This document shows positions 13,901 through 28,100 of a stretch of DNA of 64,000 nt, one piece after another. The number at the start of each line of letters is the position of its first letter. Position 1 is the first letter of the stretch. Source of the stretch: Phoronis australis (lineage: Eukaryota > Animalia > Phoronida). The translations under genes were made by a program, and so were the position numbers. Under the pieces are notes generated by a model. That model worked only from the letters and a program-made list of their open reading frames with translations. It searched no databases and was not told where the DNA came from. The DNA lies in contig NMRA01000050.1 in assembly GCA_002633005.1 (NCBI GenBank), forward strand, positions 1,059,177 through 1,123,176, in the 5' to 3' direction.

Positions 13901-16128
13901 GGAGCGTAGCCATCCATAGGCGTACATGTATACACAAGTAGACAGCTACATTTTTGTCCTTTGATTATTACAGCAGCTTAAATATGAGATCACTATTTGC
14001 AATCAAACTTTACTAATATCACGTTTCTACAAATGTAGGATATTGGAAAGAAGAAAACGTTCTTTCAGTCAAGTCTCTTACTTGAAAGATAGACGTTTTG
14101 TTGGGATTCAAATCTGAAAAGGATGCACAGAGAATCTTGTCGAAAAAGTATCAATTTAAAGGGGTTTTGTTATAAAGGGCACCACTTTCGTAAGAAAATT
14201 ATTTTGAGAAGGTCGCATATCTAAGCGACACATCCTTTTACGCACCCATTAGCAAGTACAGTTTACTTTTTCGAATAACAGGTGGCGCTACATGCTGGTA
14301 TATTTTTGTGTTCGTTCACTCCAGTTACTGTAAAATTTATGATTTGATAACACGCTCGTTCTATGGCAGATATAACGAATTATATTTTGCAGTCCACAAC
14401 AAAGCTTCGCGCTAAGTAGCTTCAACCAAAAGCTCCAAAAAAATGGTCCGTATTGAAACTTGATTAATCTACTTTACTTAAGCGTATCAGGATTGCCGGT
14501 CTAGTGCTCTTACCACTGAGCAACTGAGGAACCCATATCAGTGAAATTACTATTTACAGCAAATAGTTAAGTCATGCATCCCATGAGCGGCATTTCGCCT
14601 TTTTCAAACGGCATTTAGACAATTATTTGTACAATCAGAAATGTACCAGTATTCGTTAATTAGAAATAATAAATATATATATAGACATTTGGATTAAGAC
14701 TGAGAGGTCACTTAGACAGGCCAATTATTGCAACTGGAATTTCCATAAATTAAGTGTCAGTAAATTTGCTCTGAAACACACTATTATAGCTAGGAAATTG
14801 CATAATTTGTTCGGGGAAACAGCGGCTACCCGGCACCCTGATAGCTTATATCACAATCTCGGCTCCCACAAATATCATGTAGCCCGCCCTCACCCCAGCC
14901 CCAGTCAGTACCTGCTGATGAATAACTGAATATGTCTTGAAACATTATAGTTTAGACTATTACTAGGCAAGGAAACTGTTACAGTGTTCATATTTAGGCC
15001 TAAAGAGCTTACTGTCTATACTAAGCAGTTTACATATATCAACTTCACAACCGACCGAAACGTCGTGAAAATGTACATGGACAAGAGGTCGGTGTAAATA
15101 GACCAAGATATTTTAATGATAGTTGTAGTTCACGTGGTCTTCATTATCAATACCCAGCGGCACCTCTGAATTCTTGGAATTTTTTTATTATCTAAGGACC
15201 TCTTTGTAAAGATGGCAGCTTAATGTGTTTAGATATCTTAGTACGAAAACTCTAACGTACAGTAATAAAGAGTTAAAGCCCGGTAACCGCTAGAACACAT
15301 TACATGAGCGTCAAACTATGTTTAATGTATAACAGTACATGTATGTGCTTAAAGACATATCACACATACGATTATATTTACATGCCCCAATGGAACAAGA
15401 ATTTCAATGAAATGTACAACAATATGAATTTTAAAGTTAGTGCACATGTACGATAGTCCAATAAAATGCATGTAACATGTCTATAATGACGTACAGTGGT
15501 TGCATAGTACATACGGATATGAGGTACAAAAGAGATATTTTCTCACTTCAGAAGTAAGTGTCACTTTAAGTAACAATTGTTTTGAAATTGAAATATAGCG
15601 ACGTGTTCGAGAATTTAGAGTAAGCGTAGTGAATATCAGGGTGTTCTTCAATGTCTGGACAAGCTCTGATATTCCTTTGCTGTGCAGTCAGCAAAGGAAC
15701 AGAAACTGCCAGGGTAGCAAAACGATGACAACTAATTTTACTAAAAGTGTGTCTGTTAAAAAACGATCTGTATCTTGACTGGTATCAGCTAACGTCATAA
15801 TTGTAGGGAATTTTAAATAATGTTTATCGGGCACTGGCAAGTCTCATGCAATAGTGTGATTTCTTTATGATAGTAAATGTTCATGTACATGTACATCTTG
15901 AGATGCGTAATCCATGTTGATTTGTTATTATATTCAGGTGCTGAAAGCCGTGAACGATGGCGACTGCACACATCTTCAAAAACTTATATGCGGTGGATGG
16001 AACATAAACCAACAACTGACCGTACGGGTAAGTACGCAATTATGAACACTCCACTGAACTGAAGTGAACTTTGAAAAGACCCAAAAAGGTGAAAAACAAA
16101 AATATTCATAACCTAATGTTAAATATTT

Positions 16129-16167
<39 letters not shown>

Positions 16168-19100
16168 TTGTATATGCGTGTGTGTGTCTGTGTGTGTGTG
16201 TGTGTGTGTCTGTGTGTGTGTGTGTGTGTTTGTATATATGTGTGTGTGTGTGTTATACAACGTATATATTTGCATATAACGAGTCAATTGGTACAAACAC
16301 GTACGTTATATAGCATATTTGTCCTATACGCCCCCACAGATTGCTTTGCTTCTTTGTGCCCTTTGTCACCTTTCACAAATGATGATCACATATTGCTTGA
16401 CACGTATACGTGCACGCAATATTTTTATGAATGCATTCTTTGCAGTCTGCATGACACGGCAGTTCAATTGTACATGTATTTTGCAACAGATTATGGCTTG
16501 GGGCGTACACTTTCTATTTTTAAGATTCTCGTCAGAGTTTGACCTAAAGCTATTTCTCATGTAAAGTTTGCTTACACTTCTGAGGTTTGTCTTGATTTTG
16601 TTGAGTAATAACTGCACAGGACGTCCAGACGTTGTGGCTGATGTACATTCGGACGCTTCTTGAAAATGCACTATGAGCGCGGTTCTTGTCATTTTAGGTA
16701 GATAATAGTCAGAAATTTGACATAAAATTGAAATTTTCTAAAGGTTACAGGGGTTGCAGTTATGTTTTTGGGCTCGAAGTATTCTGATTGTGTTGCGAAG
16801 GAATTTAAATCTTCATACATATTTGACCGTAGAGAACCTCATCTGGTGTAGTGCATTACATGTACATGTAGATGACCAAAAGGAGCCATGCATCGATATT
16901 GTTTTCCTTATCCCAAACATATTTTTGCAAGTTCGAGGCTTATTGTGATTTAAGTGTTCTGTTCAGGTGCAAAATTTCATGGTGCATGCATATTAAGAAA
17001 CTTTGTCAACAGCATATCAATTTCACTTTTGTGTTGCATATTATGGTACACACATGCGAAAATATTGCAAGGTGGTGCTACTTATCACATACATATACGC
17101 GTTGAATCAGTCGAAGGAAATATGGCCATGTATTCACACCCCGCACTACTTCAACAATGACCTCTGACATGGAGGGTTCAAAAGATAGATCAATGTGGAC
17201 TGGACGCCGTTAGCCGGTTCGATCATCAAACTTTCGATAATCAAACTTTCGGAAGTAGTTTAAAGTAACATAACTGTAGGGGTGTAAATAACATTCAACA
17301 TGCATCCAGGTCTCAATCGTAGACATCTGGAGCACTTCTGTTACAGTTTTCATTTGCTAAATATTACTTGGTAGGGCTATATCTTTGCAACTCTGCTGCC
17401 GATATCTCGGTAACTACCATATCAAATTTTGTTGTAATTTAACTACTTTCAGGAGATGTTTTCATCGTAGTTGTCTCTTTTCAAGTAGTAAATCGTTACA
17501 TTCCAAACTGTTTCTCTTACTAGAGAAAATTTGTAACCAAATGCAAAAGTAAATACATATAGAAGTTTGTGTGCCAGGACACTATCCAGCGGGTGTGTGT
17601 CGCAGGACACTGGGGCATGTTTGGTAGTTGTTCCCCTGTCCATGAGAAGAAAATAAGGCCATCCCAGTACGCAGTAACAGTGTGGCACCTTGACTGACTC
17701 GTTAACAAAAGCAAACGACAACCGAACTTGTCACAACCGAGATAGAACATTGACTGACTCCACAGCTCTCACGGTCAGACTGTATGAAAATAAATTAGCG
17801 CGAATTTCTTGCCTCCGAAAAACTCACTTCCGGAGTAGAGGAAGAGTAATTGTTTAAATTGCCAAGAAGCTGTAGTGAACTGAAAAATATGTCTGAGATA
17901 AGCAACGAACCTTATTTTTGCTCAAAATGACGTGAAAAAGGTTCCCTTAGCCTTTAACACTTATAAATGATAAATGTAACATTTTACGAAATTATTACAT
18001 TTTACTGCGTATCACTGTGCACACATGTAAATATCACATAGACCGAGCTATGATGTACATGTAGCACTTTAAAAGCAACTACTCGCCTGGGCAGACCTCG
18101 TCTACCCGTCACGACAGTTTAATTCTGCTGGGGTGTGCGTCGGAGTGTTAGGTGCGTGATAGATTTATTTACGGACTGGAGTTCCTGCTTAGAAAAGGGG
18201 GGCTTTGATAAAATTTGTCTCAACGTGTGTTCAAATTGTAGGCTGTAGAAGGATAAGGATTTAGTTCCTGCGAACACATTTGACTCAATTCCGTTTTTAC
18301 ACCGTCCCATTCTGATGCCATATTAACATGTATTAATGCCCTCTCGTCAATCTCTTTTGTTTTCTTCATGGCGCAAATTTATTAGAAATGATTTCTGGCC
18401 TCCGTGAAACGTGTCATTTTACTGTTACTTTAGATTGTATACGTTTACACCGGTATGTAACAACCTGCGCCCACCCACACACGGGGAAAACGGGACATTG
18501 TAGAGTATCGACTAAGTTTCGATTACATATTTGAAACCGTCGGGTCGTCTCATTTGCTTTTATTCGTGGGTCTACCCGAAACCAGTCCATTTTGGGCGCG
18601 TCAATTGAAAAGCATGGGTAAACGCTTCCAGTGCGACGATAGACTGACGACTGATTCCTTTATTAATCTCGACCGTACGTTCACAAGCCTACTCAAAAAT
18701 ACGTCCGACGTATATCTGTTCTACACTCCAGCCAGTGCTGCAAAGCCTCGACTTGTGATAAACTTGTGAGACACTTCCAGCAACTGTTACACTCGTCGAC
18801 TCAATAACCTGCTGTCTCTGTAGCTGGTTCTCTGTTGACTCTTGCTGCAACTGCTGATTTTCTTCAGTGCAGCTCAACTGCTTAACTGCTTTTCTTCTGA
18901 TTAACTAACTAACACAACCCGTGCTTGTGTATTTATAGACTAATGCATTGTTTCAGAACTTTTCGTCAATTCGAAAACATGCCAGAACTTTCCGGAATCT
19001 ACCCAATCATTCTACAAACTACTCTATAGAATATTCCAGACAGCATCAATCACTGTCATGCTAGAGACATCAAGAAAGTTCCACACTAATCAGTAGTAAA

Positions 19101-22100
19101 CATATTACATCACCACTGTACTGACCTCAGTCTACTAGAAAGTCCCATACTATTCTAGTAAACAAATTACATCATCACTGTTCTCAACTCAGGGCTCACG
19201 CCAGTCAAACAAAACAACAAAACAAAACCATACCACTAAAAACAGTTTATATTTTGACATACATGCACTGTGCATTTGGCTTCAAAAGTTGCCTCCTATT
19301 TTCATATAGAAGCTGACATCCTGCCAAGTTACATTTTGACCTTTTCAGTAGATTTAAAACAGAAATAAAACATGTTTTACTTCCATGAAATCGGTATCTT
19401 AAAGGTGATCATTCAGTGTAAATATCAAGGTCATGTTTTTGCGTGATAGCTGGTTTAGCAACAACCACATGTGCGTACTTTTATAAAAGGGTGCATGGTT
19501 TTAAAGAACTTGTCATGTGTTCAGTTTTAGAATTACTATTGACATTAACACAGGTTATGCGAAAGTAACGTAACGTTGTTCTTTAAAAATATTTGACATG
19601 GTAAACAGATAGTAGATTTGATAATTATGTGTGAAAATGTGTTAGTTCAAAGTTCCCCGATGAGTAGTTAAGATGTAGAGTGAAGTTAGTGATTGTGAAA
19701 CTTGTTATAACTTGTTCATTGTTTCTGCAGGGCATGACAGCACTACATGGGGCAGTAAAGGAGGGCAGACCAGAGATGGTGAGAGTGTTGCTAAGGGGTG
19801 GGGCCGATGTAGACGCCCGAGACAGGGTAACAGACTTTCCTTGAGACGATCTTAAAATTGACACAATATTATCTTTGTTGAAAAAGCTTTATTGTATCTC
19901 AATTACGTGTATAAATGTGTTATTTCAAATTTCCGTAAAGAGTAATTATGATGCATGGTGTACATGTAGTCAGTGATTTTGAAGCTTGCCATCACTTTTG
20001 CAGGACGGCACTACGGCACTACTCGGGGCTGTGATGAACGGTAGCCCAGAGGTAGTCAAAGTGTTGCTAAAGGGTGGAGCCGATGTAGACGCCCGAGACG
20101 AGGTAATAGAAACATCTTGGGTAGATTTAAGAATTAGGGCATTTTCGTCTTTGCTACAAAAGTTGTAGGCTACCTGAAGTTTAACTGAACACTTTTTTTG
20201 TAAACACACGTTTTATTTTGCGTGATTTTGACACGCATTTGTTATTCTTTACCCAATACATTCATCTTGAGTAACAGTGACGTTTGAATCTATTTGGCGA
20301 CTTAACGTGGATACATTTCTTTTCTTAATCGTATTTGTCCTTTCAACATTTCAACTTTGTATTACTGTAAACAAGAAGCCAGTAAACAAAGCATGGAGAG
20401 ATAGCTGTGAAGGTATGTAGGTCCTCAATAATTTTGGCGGTCGACGTCTGCAGCATAACTTGTTTAACTCCAATGTTTTATAATCGCTTCTAACAATTGA
20501 GCGTTGAAATTATTACAAGTAGTGAAACGTCTTAGAGCGTTCAAAGGTGTTTTGTTTATATAACCTTACAGGTTCACTTTCCTCTGTGGATGATAATTTG
20601 TTCTAAACAGTGATCGTCCATTTACATATCTCTACTAAAATTGAATATTACATAGGATGGCTCGACACCGTTGCACGAGGCGGCAAGGTGTGGTCATACA
20701 AAGATAGTAGAGCTGTTGGTAAAAAACAAGGCCACCCTGGATGTGCGTGATCAGGTAAATAAAGACACACACATTTAGTTGAAATACTTGTTTACACATC
20801 AATGATTGAAACCGTTCACGAATAAATTTTGTTGGTGTTTTTACAATCTGATTTCTCTGAACGATGTCAAATTAAAGGTCGATTGTTTTTCGTACGTGAA
20901 CCGCGAAGATGCGCATATTCGTAAAGACAGTGCTGGTTGACTTACTTGTACCTGTTCAGCTGTAAATCATCCCTATTTTGTTAGAACAAGTTGTTACCAT
21001 ACAAGTTCACTTTCCCCGTGGATGTTAATTTGCTCTAAACGTTGATCGTCCATTCGCATGTCTTCATTATATCAATACACTGCATTTCATAGTTGGGGTC
21101 GACACCGCTGCACGAAGCAGCAGAGGGTGGTGAAACACAAATAGTGGAGTTGCTATTGGCCAACAAGTGCAACGTGGATGTCCGTGATCAGGTAATTAAT
21201 GGCACAGGTAGTTGGGTAGAACTAGCTATTTATACAACGATTAAAACTATTTAAGGACAAATTTTGTTGATACTTTCACAGTTGGATGTGCTTAAACAAT
21301 GTCAAGTTAAATATCGTCTGCTTTTGACTTGAGAACCTCCAAAGCTGCATAGAATCGTAGATACAGTAGTGGGTGACTTTCCTGCTCAGATGCTAGTTAC
21401 ATGTAAGTGTCCCAACTTTCTTGGAACAAATTGAAGATCGCCTGCTTTTCATAGTCAGCGTACAAGTTCACTTTCCCCGTAGTTGTTAATTTGCTTAAAA
21501 CGTAAGTCGCCCATTCACACATCTCCACTATAAATTACATAGGATGGTCAGACGCCGCTATACTGGGCTGCACGGTATGGTCATACACAGACAGTGGAAT
21601 TGTTGGTGGCCAACAAGGCCACGGTGGATGTCCATAAGGTAATTGAGGACACACAGGTTGTATGGTTGGACCAGTTGTTTACACAACAAATGACTAAAAC
21701 AGTTTAGGAAAAGTTCTGTTGATATTTTTCACAATCTATTATCTTTAAACAATGTCGACTCCAATGTCGTCTGCTTTCGATTCGTGAACAGCCAAAGCTG
21801 AGTGGACTCGAAGAGAAAATGCAATTTGACTTAGCTATACAGGCGAAATGATATCTATATAAGGTAACTAAATTGTACCTAATACGTTACAAAAAATTGA
21901 AGAAGGTCTGATTTTGATTGCCACCTTACAAGTTAATTTCTTCGTTGGATGTTAATTTGCTCTAAACATTAATCGTTCATTCACACATCTCCAATATATG
22001 TGTATACTACATAGGAAGGCGAGACACCGCTGCATATGGCAGCAGAGCGTGGTCATACTCAGGTGGTCCAGTGTCTGCTCCAATACGGGGCCAGCGTTAA

Positions 22101-25100
22101 TGTCCGTAATAAGGTAATTTATGACACACAGGTTGTTTGGTTGAAGAACTCGTTTACATAACGATGATGAACACAGAAACGTGACAAGGATGCATCACTG
22201 GTTAATTAATTAATCAGTCACGGTTGGTGGTTTCAATGTAAACGTTGATATTTCGCCTTGCACTCCAGGTGATGTGCACGTGAGTGATGTGTACGCCATT
22301 TTAAGTAATGAGAAACAGTTGTACAATGAGTTGGTCCTTGTGTTTCCACAGCACGCACTAAATGAATGTCACTCTGTTGTAATATAGCTTCTTGTTTATG
22401 GGGTGGACTTTAAATCCAAAGCGAGGCTCACTGCCATAAACAAAGCAAAAGTTGGCAATGCACGAGTGTTTCGAATTTAACCTGGATTTTAAATCCTAAA
22501 ATTTTGGAACTAATTAACCACAGAGATGTAGAAATTATATTAGGGAACATGTAAATGCACCAAAGAGTTGTCTTACGAAAGTGTTTAAGTTGTCTTCGTA
22601 AAACCACGTTTAAAACTTGAAAAGTAAATATGACCAAGTTGCAGCGATAGCGTCAAGGATTAGGTTTATGCTGAACACGGGTAGTCAGGTTTGCTGTGTG
22701 GTATTGTTGGACTTTGATAGGGAAAATGGAAACTATAATTTTTTGGAAACCTCATGAATGACAAATCAGAAAATAATTTATTCCGTTTTTGGGACCATCT
22801 TGGGGGACATCTTGGATTTTCAAAAATGGCGCCGGTGAAATGGATTTTGCACAATGTCGCCACTTTTGGGTCACTAAGAATGTTGTTTTTATGGCCACAC
22901 CTGCATTTCTGAGGTCAAGGAATGGGAAATTTTATAGGCGGCCATCTTGGCTTTTTAAAAATGGCGCCCGCAAAACATATTTTCCTAATTATCGTTGCTC
23001 GTGGGTCACCTAGATTGTTCGTTTTAATGACTGCACCAACATTTTCGAGGTAAAAATGTAGCTTATTAAAAGTGAAACATAATCAAAACCCCATTTATTA
23101 GCAGCCATATTTTCTAAATGCATACTTCATGAAATCCAAATGTTATGATCACTATCTTACTTTCTTGTATATTTTGTTGGGAACTTGTTTCCTTGAAGAC
23201 CCTTAAACTAAGTCTGTATCTAAACCACTTATTTACGTTAGCAGAACACGATATTTTGTAGTGTCAATACTCTTTCAAAACTTTGAAATCAGTCTATACA
23301 TCCATACTATAGCTGTCACTGCCATAACTGTCACCAGGAATAATATCATTATCACCATCCTGGCATTCTGCACTACACTGACGTACATCTGTGTAAGGTA
23401 GGTCCTGTGATCGACATCTTTGTCCTTGTAAATTCGTTGTGCAATAGGTCAAGGAACTCATGTCGAGCAATGGCTGCCTGGCGCCACACTCTGGCTTGAA
23501 AAAAACACCTTCAACACATGCTGTTTCAAAGCACCAATGGTTGGTGGACGTTTGTTGCTGTCTGTCGTATGTTTACAGAAGAGATACCATCTTATCGCTG
23601 GTATATTATTTGTGTCCATGCCCTGTAGTGAGTATACATATGTAAAAGGTGGCCAAATGCAGAAAGAGGTTCCCTTGTTACTTCTTTAGCAGTATAGAGA
23701 GTCTGAAGTGCATCGATATCATCAGTTTTCGCCTTCAAGTATATATTCAACCTACAGAATGGACCGGTGTTGTCTGTCCCTGTTAAACCATGGAAAGCCG
23801 GAAGAACTCTTCCCCGGCAGCACCTAACGTAATGCTGTCCTTATTGGATCCCAGATGCCATTTGACAGAATTATTTCTGAGAAGACTGTCATAGTAGGCA
23901 GTAGGTCAGGTGAAAAAAAAACATCAGATGAGAATAGGGCACCTTTTGATGTGATGCTAGACCGGCATGATGTATTAGAAATATATCTGCTTTTTCTTCT
24001 AAACGTAGATCACGTAGGTTGCTCGTTGTGCATCCTAAAGCTCAAGTTATGACTGTCTTGGCAGAGTCTTTGTTTTATTTGAGGGTCTCTGCAGATATTC
24101 CGTACGATGAGCCTTTTTTGGTCTTGGGAGAGGAAACGGCTCATTGGGATGTTCTGTATGTAAGTTTCATCTCTTATCTGGTACTGTATTTTACCCTTTC
24201 TCTGCCTCCATTTTTGTCTTCTGGCTAGTTTCAAAGAGTTGTCATTTTGTATGTCAGAAAGCGAGAATTATGATCTCCAGTTAAGATCATCACTTCCATA
24301 CAGTGCACACGTGCAGTTTTGTGGCTTGGTGTGAACACACTCAGTGGATGTCGTTTATATGTTTTCTGGATCTAAAACCTCTCTTGCAGCTTTAGGACTG
24401 TCCTGTTCTAAGACGTCTGCTTCGGAAAGTTTCTGCAGAGGGTTGATTCGATTAGACTTGTCTGTACACGTCAGCATTGCCCTTCTGGCAGCAAAGATTG
24501 CTCTTGGTGCTAGGGTGAATTCATAGTGGCTGATAGCATGTTTCTGGTCGATTTGCCTATATGACTTGACAAGTACCAGCAGCCTATCATATACGCTCAT
24601 GGTCTCCTTGAGATTCAGGGTGACGTCACGGTATTTCATGGCTGCTTTTTCGTGTCGTGAAATGAACATCTTATTTTTCAGCATTGTGACTGATGACCAA
24701 AGGCTGTTATCTTTATTGAATCTCTGACTTTGCCAACAACATACGAAATCTTTGATTCATGCTATTATGGGACATTGGCGTGTGTGATCATGTCTCACAA
24801 CTGGTCACCCTGCACGACAGCTGGACTGTCATGGCTGAGTAGAATTTGTCTAGTTGTTGCTATGCCAAAAACGTCGGCTTCTATCCAGGCATCATCTATG
24901 TCGAATTCTCTATGGACGTCCGAAGCAAACTCAGAGATGTCATTTTAGCATGGCTTGCAATTCTCCAATTCTTGGGTTCACTGTTTGCTTCCGGTCTGGA
25001 GCTGAACAACCCTCTGGTATAGACCCATATCACATGAAATGACAGTTGGGTGAGCTTCGTCAACAATCAGCCTCCTGAATTGGCTCGTCTGCATAACAAC

Positions 25101-28100
25101 TGTTACCAGGGTCGACCACTCATGGGCCAGCTCTGGATGAAGTGATAAGGCACCAAACACGGTGCGAGACTGGCTTGTAGGGATCAGTGATTTTAGCCTG
25201 CCCCTCATGCTACAACTCCTATTGTTCTCGTCAGAGATCCTCAGGGGGTTACTGCCAAAATTATCTGCGATCCGACTGTCAAAGGCAAAATGTATTTCCA
25301 ATGAATAGAGAACTTGATTCCAAAGTGAAGAGTGGAAATAATATTGAAATCTTCAAAATATATGTCTCAAATGTCTTTTTAAAACGATATAGATACATGT
25401 ATGTACGTACATGTATACCGTAAATAAAGGCTAATCTTCGTTTTAGCGATTCCTTCAAATATTCTGGTGGTTCGTAACTGCTATCAAAAATCATTTAGAT
25501 TATATATCAATTTAGAAATAGTGTTTTTCAATTCCATACCCAAGAAATGTGGGCGCTGCCATTAAAACTAGCATTCTAAGTCACCCAAGAGCAGAGATAC
25601 TGAGAAAAAATGTATTTTACGAGCGTGATTTTTGAAATTCCAAGTTGGCCGCTAAGATGACCACCTATAAAATTAAAATCTCCAATTCGTTAACCTCAGA
25701 ACTGCAGGTGTAGACCCAAAAACTAACACTCTCAGTGACATCTGGCCTGATATGATGGGCAAAAACAATTTTACCGGCGCCATTTTTGAAAATCCAAGAT
25801 GGCCGCCAGGAAGGCCACCAAACATGGAATCAATTATTTTCCAAAAAAATATAGTTTCTTTTTTCCCGAAAAAGTTCCAACCGATGTCATAATTTGGACA
25901 TAGTGAACCTAACTAGGGGTTACGTTTTATCTTGTAAATTGTTGCTTTCTACACGAACCGGGTTACATGCTCATATTTTTGTCGAGTTTAAAATATGTTT
26001 GACAGTGTTGACTCATCGCATGTTTAGTCATGTGCAAGTCACATCTGGATTAATTTGTTAACCAACTTAACATCAAGCTTAGCCTAGGCACTGGTGGTGA
26101 GGTGGGATCTAACAGGACTAACAGTTGATCTGTAGTTGATCTGCAAGAATGGTTGATGTTATTAAAACTATTTTTTATTAAAATAAAAAACCAACCCGGT
26201 AGTTGAACCTAAATATTATTTGACCACAAATTCTGCTCTCTTGGATTTTAATAAGTCTTAGATCTATTTCTTGTGTCAGGTTTCAAATATTAATCTAGAC
26301 AAAGTGAATTTTAAAATTAAAACACCTAGTTTATTCGTCCAAAGCCTAACCTGAAAAATAACACATCTCTATCTAGAGCTCAATTTCAATTAATTGGGAA
26401 CAGTAAGCATAGTTATCGTATTCCTTCAGGGTCCTCGTAGTTTAAATTTTTATCATGAACTATTCAGTACAATAAATATGCATACGGAGAAACGGCCTAG
26501 AAGCATTGTACCTGGGTTAAATCATTACAAACAGATTTATATTCAATTTTTATACACAAATACATGAACGAAAAACCTCATTCATCCAAGGGAAAAAGTG
26601 CCTGTGCCTTCTGGGATCTTTTCGCCGGGTGAGGGAGGCATTCGGCCACCCGGTCACCATCATTGGAACCTTTCCTGTAGCAAACTTTCATAAGCCATGT
26701 CTCAAGAAGCATTCTGTGCTCTTTCAAATTGGGGGACACTAGTGATTTGAATTCCTGTCCTGTTCTTTTTAGAAAGAAAGGTATTATGTTTCCACCCGTA
26801 GTCATGAAAATACAGAATGGCTGCACGAAGATTCACCGGTCGCTGACATGATGCTCTGCAACTGAGATGCGCCAAAATGTGACCAATCTTTCGAAAACAT
26901 TCCCGGAAATATTTTCTTCCTTCGCGGCGTATGGCAACGACCTAACGCTTCAGAATCTCAACGTTTTAGGGGGGATAAAAAGTCAGTTGAATGTTTTCTA
27001 CAGCTGTTGGAGCATCGCGGAACCGTTGACAACACTGACCATTAGCCATTTAACGGAGCTATCGTATTGAGACTCGTTTTGGAGTGAGTTTTCTGTTTGC
27101 GTGAATTAGGAGTATATAAAAATCTTTTAAATTACGTGGCTACAACACATCAGACCGTTAAGTAATTTCGCTGAAATTATATCCGAATGTCAGATTTTAG
27201 TCTCGCCCCGTTGACCCACACACTTCACAATGTAAAATGCTGACCAACATGTTCTCGTCTTTGTAGTGGGGTGACACAGCACTGCATCGGGCGGCAGAAC
27301 ATGGACATACAGAAGTAGTGAAACTACTGTTCATGGAAGGCACATGTGACGTTAGTGCCGTCAACAAGGTAGGGCAAGAGTGCTGTACTTGATGTTTAGT
27401 TGAGACTGCTATGATTATCTTTTTTAATTGAGCACTGGGTTCGATGACTTATTCACTTGTAATAAATATCTCATGAAAAAAGACTTGCCTCCTTTGTGAA
27501 GTCACTTTGTTACTGAGTGTATGTTCCCAGAACACTCACCAAACCAAAACCGCTAGTCTGATCGTAATATAGCACAAAAACGGACAAACCACGCCATAAA
27601 TAGCCGACAACAAACACACGTGGTTTTCTCACCACATTTAAGAACGTTTTGATCAAGTTTACTCTAAAACAAAAATTACTTAAAAATCAATTTCTTAAAA
27701 TCTCGTAACCCGATGACTTGTTTTTAATCCCGCCATGCCTTGCTTTATAGATTCTGTGCGTGAATTGGTCAAAGTCCATCCTTTCAAATGAAAAAAACAC
27801 TTTTTCACGGTTTCTGAAGCCTGCGTATACTAAACCCTAGGAAAGCGGAGTTCCCACTATAAATCAAAGGTCTGTGCGCATGTTCTTTATAATGTGTCTA
27901 CATGGTAATTTGCTTATGATTGTTACGTGAATTTTCTTGTAGGAAACACAGTCTCGTGTTTCCGACTTTTTTCGGAATGTTACACTACACTTTTTAAACT
28001 TTTTCCTACCTCCGTCAAATTGTAGCAGTTTTGACGCACGGCAAAACTGACATATCACCACGCACCATAGCAATACAGTATTATCCATTTTTCCCCAAAA

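Noticed and set aside
15976-16542. Cys/Val-rich and Thr/His-rich ORFs
   Set aside because: Translations of the (TG)n microsatellite.
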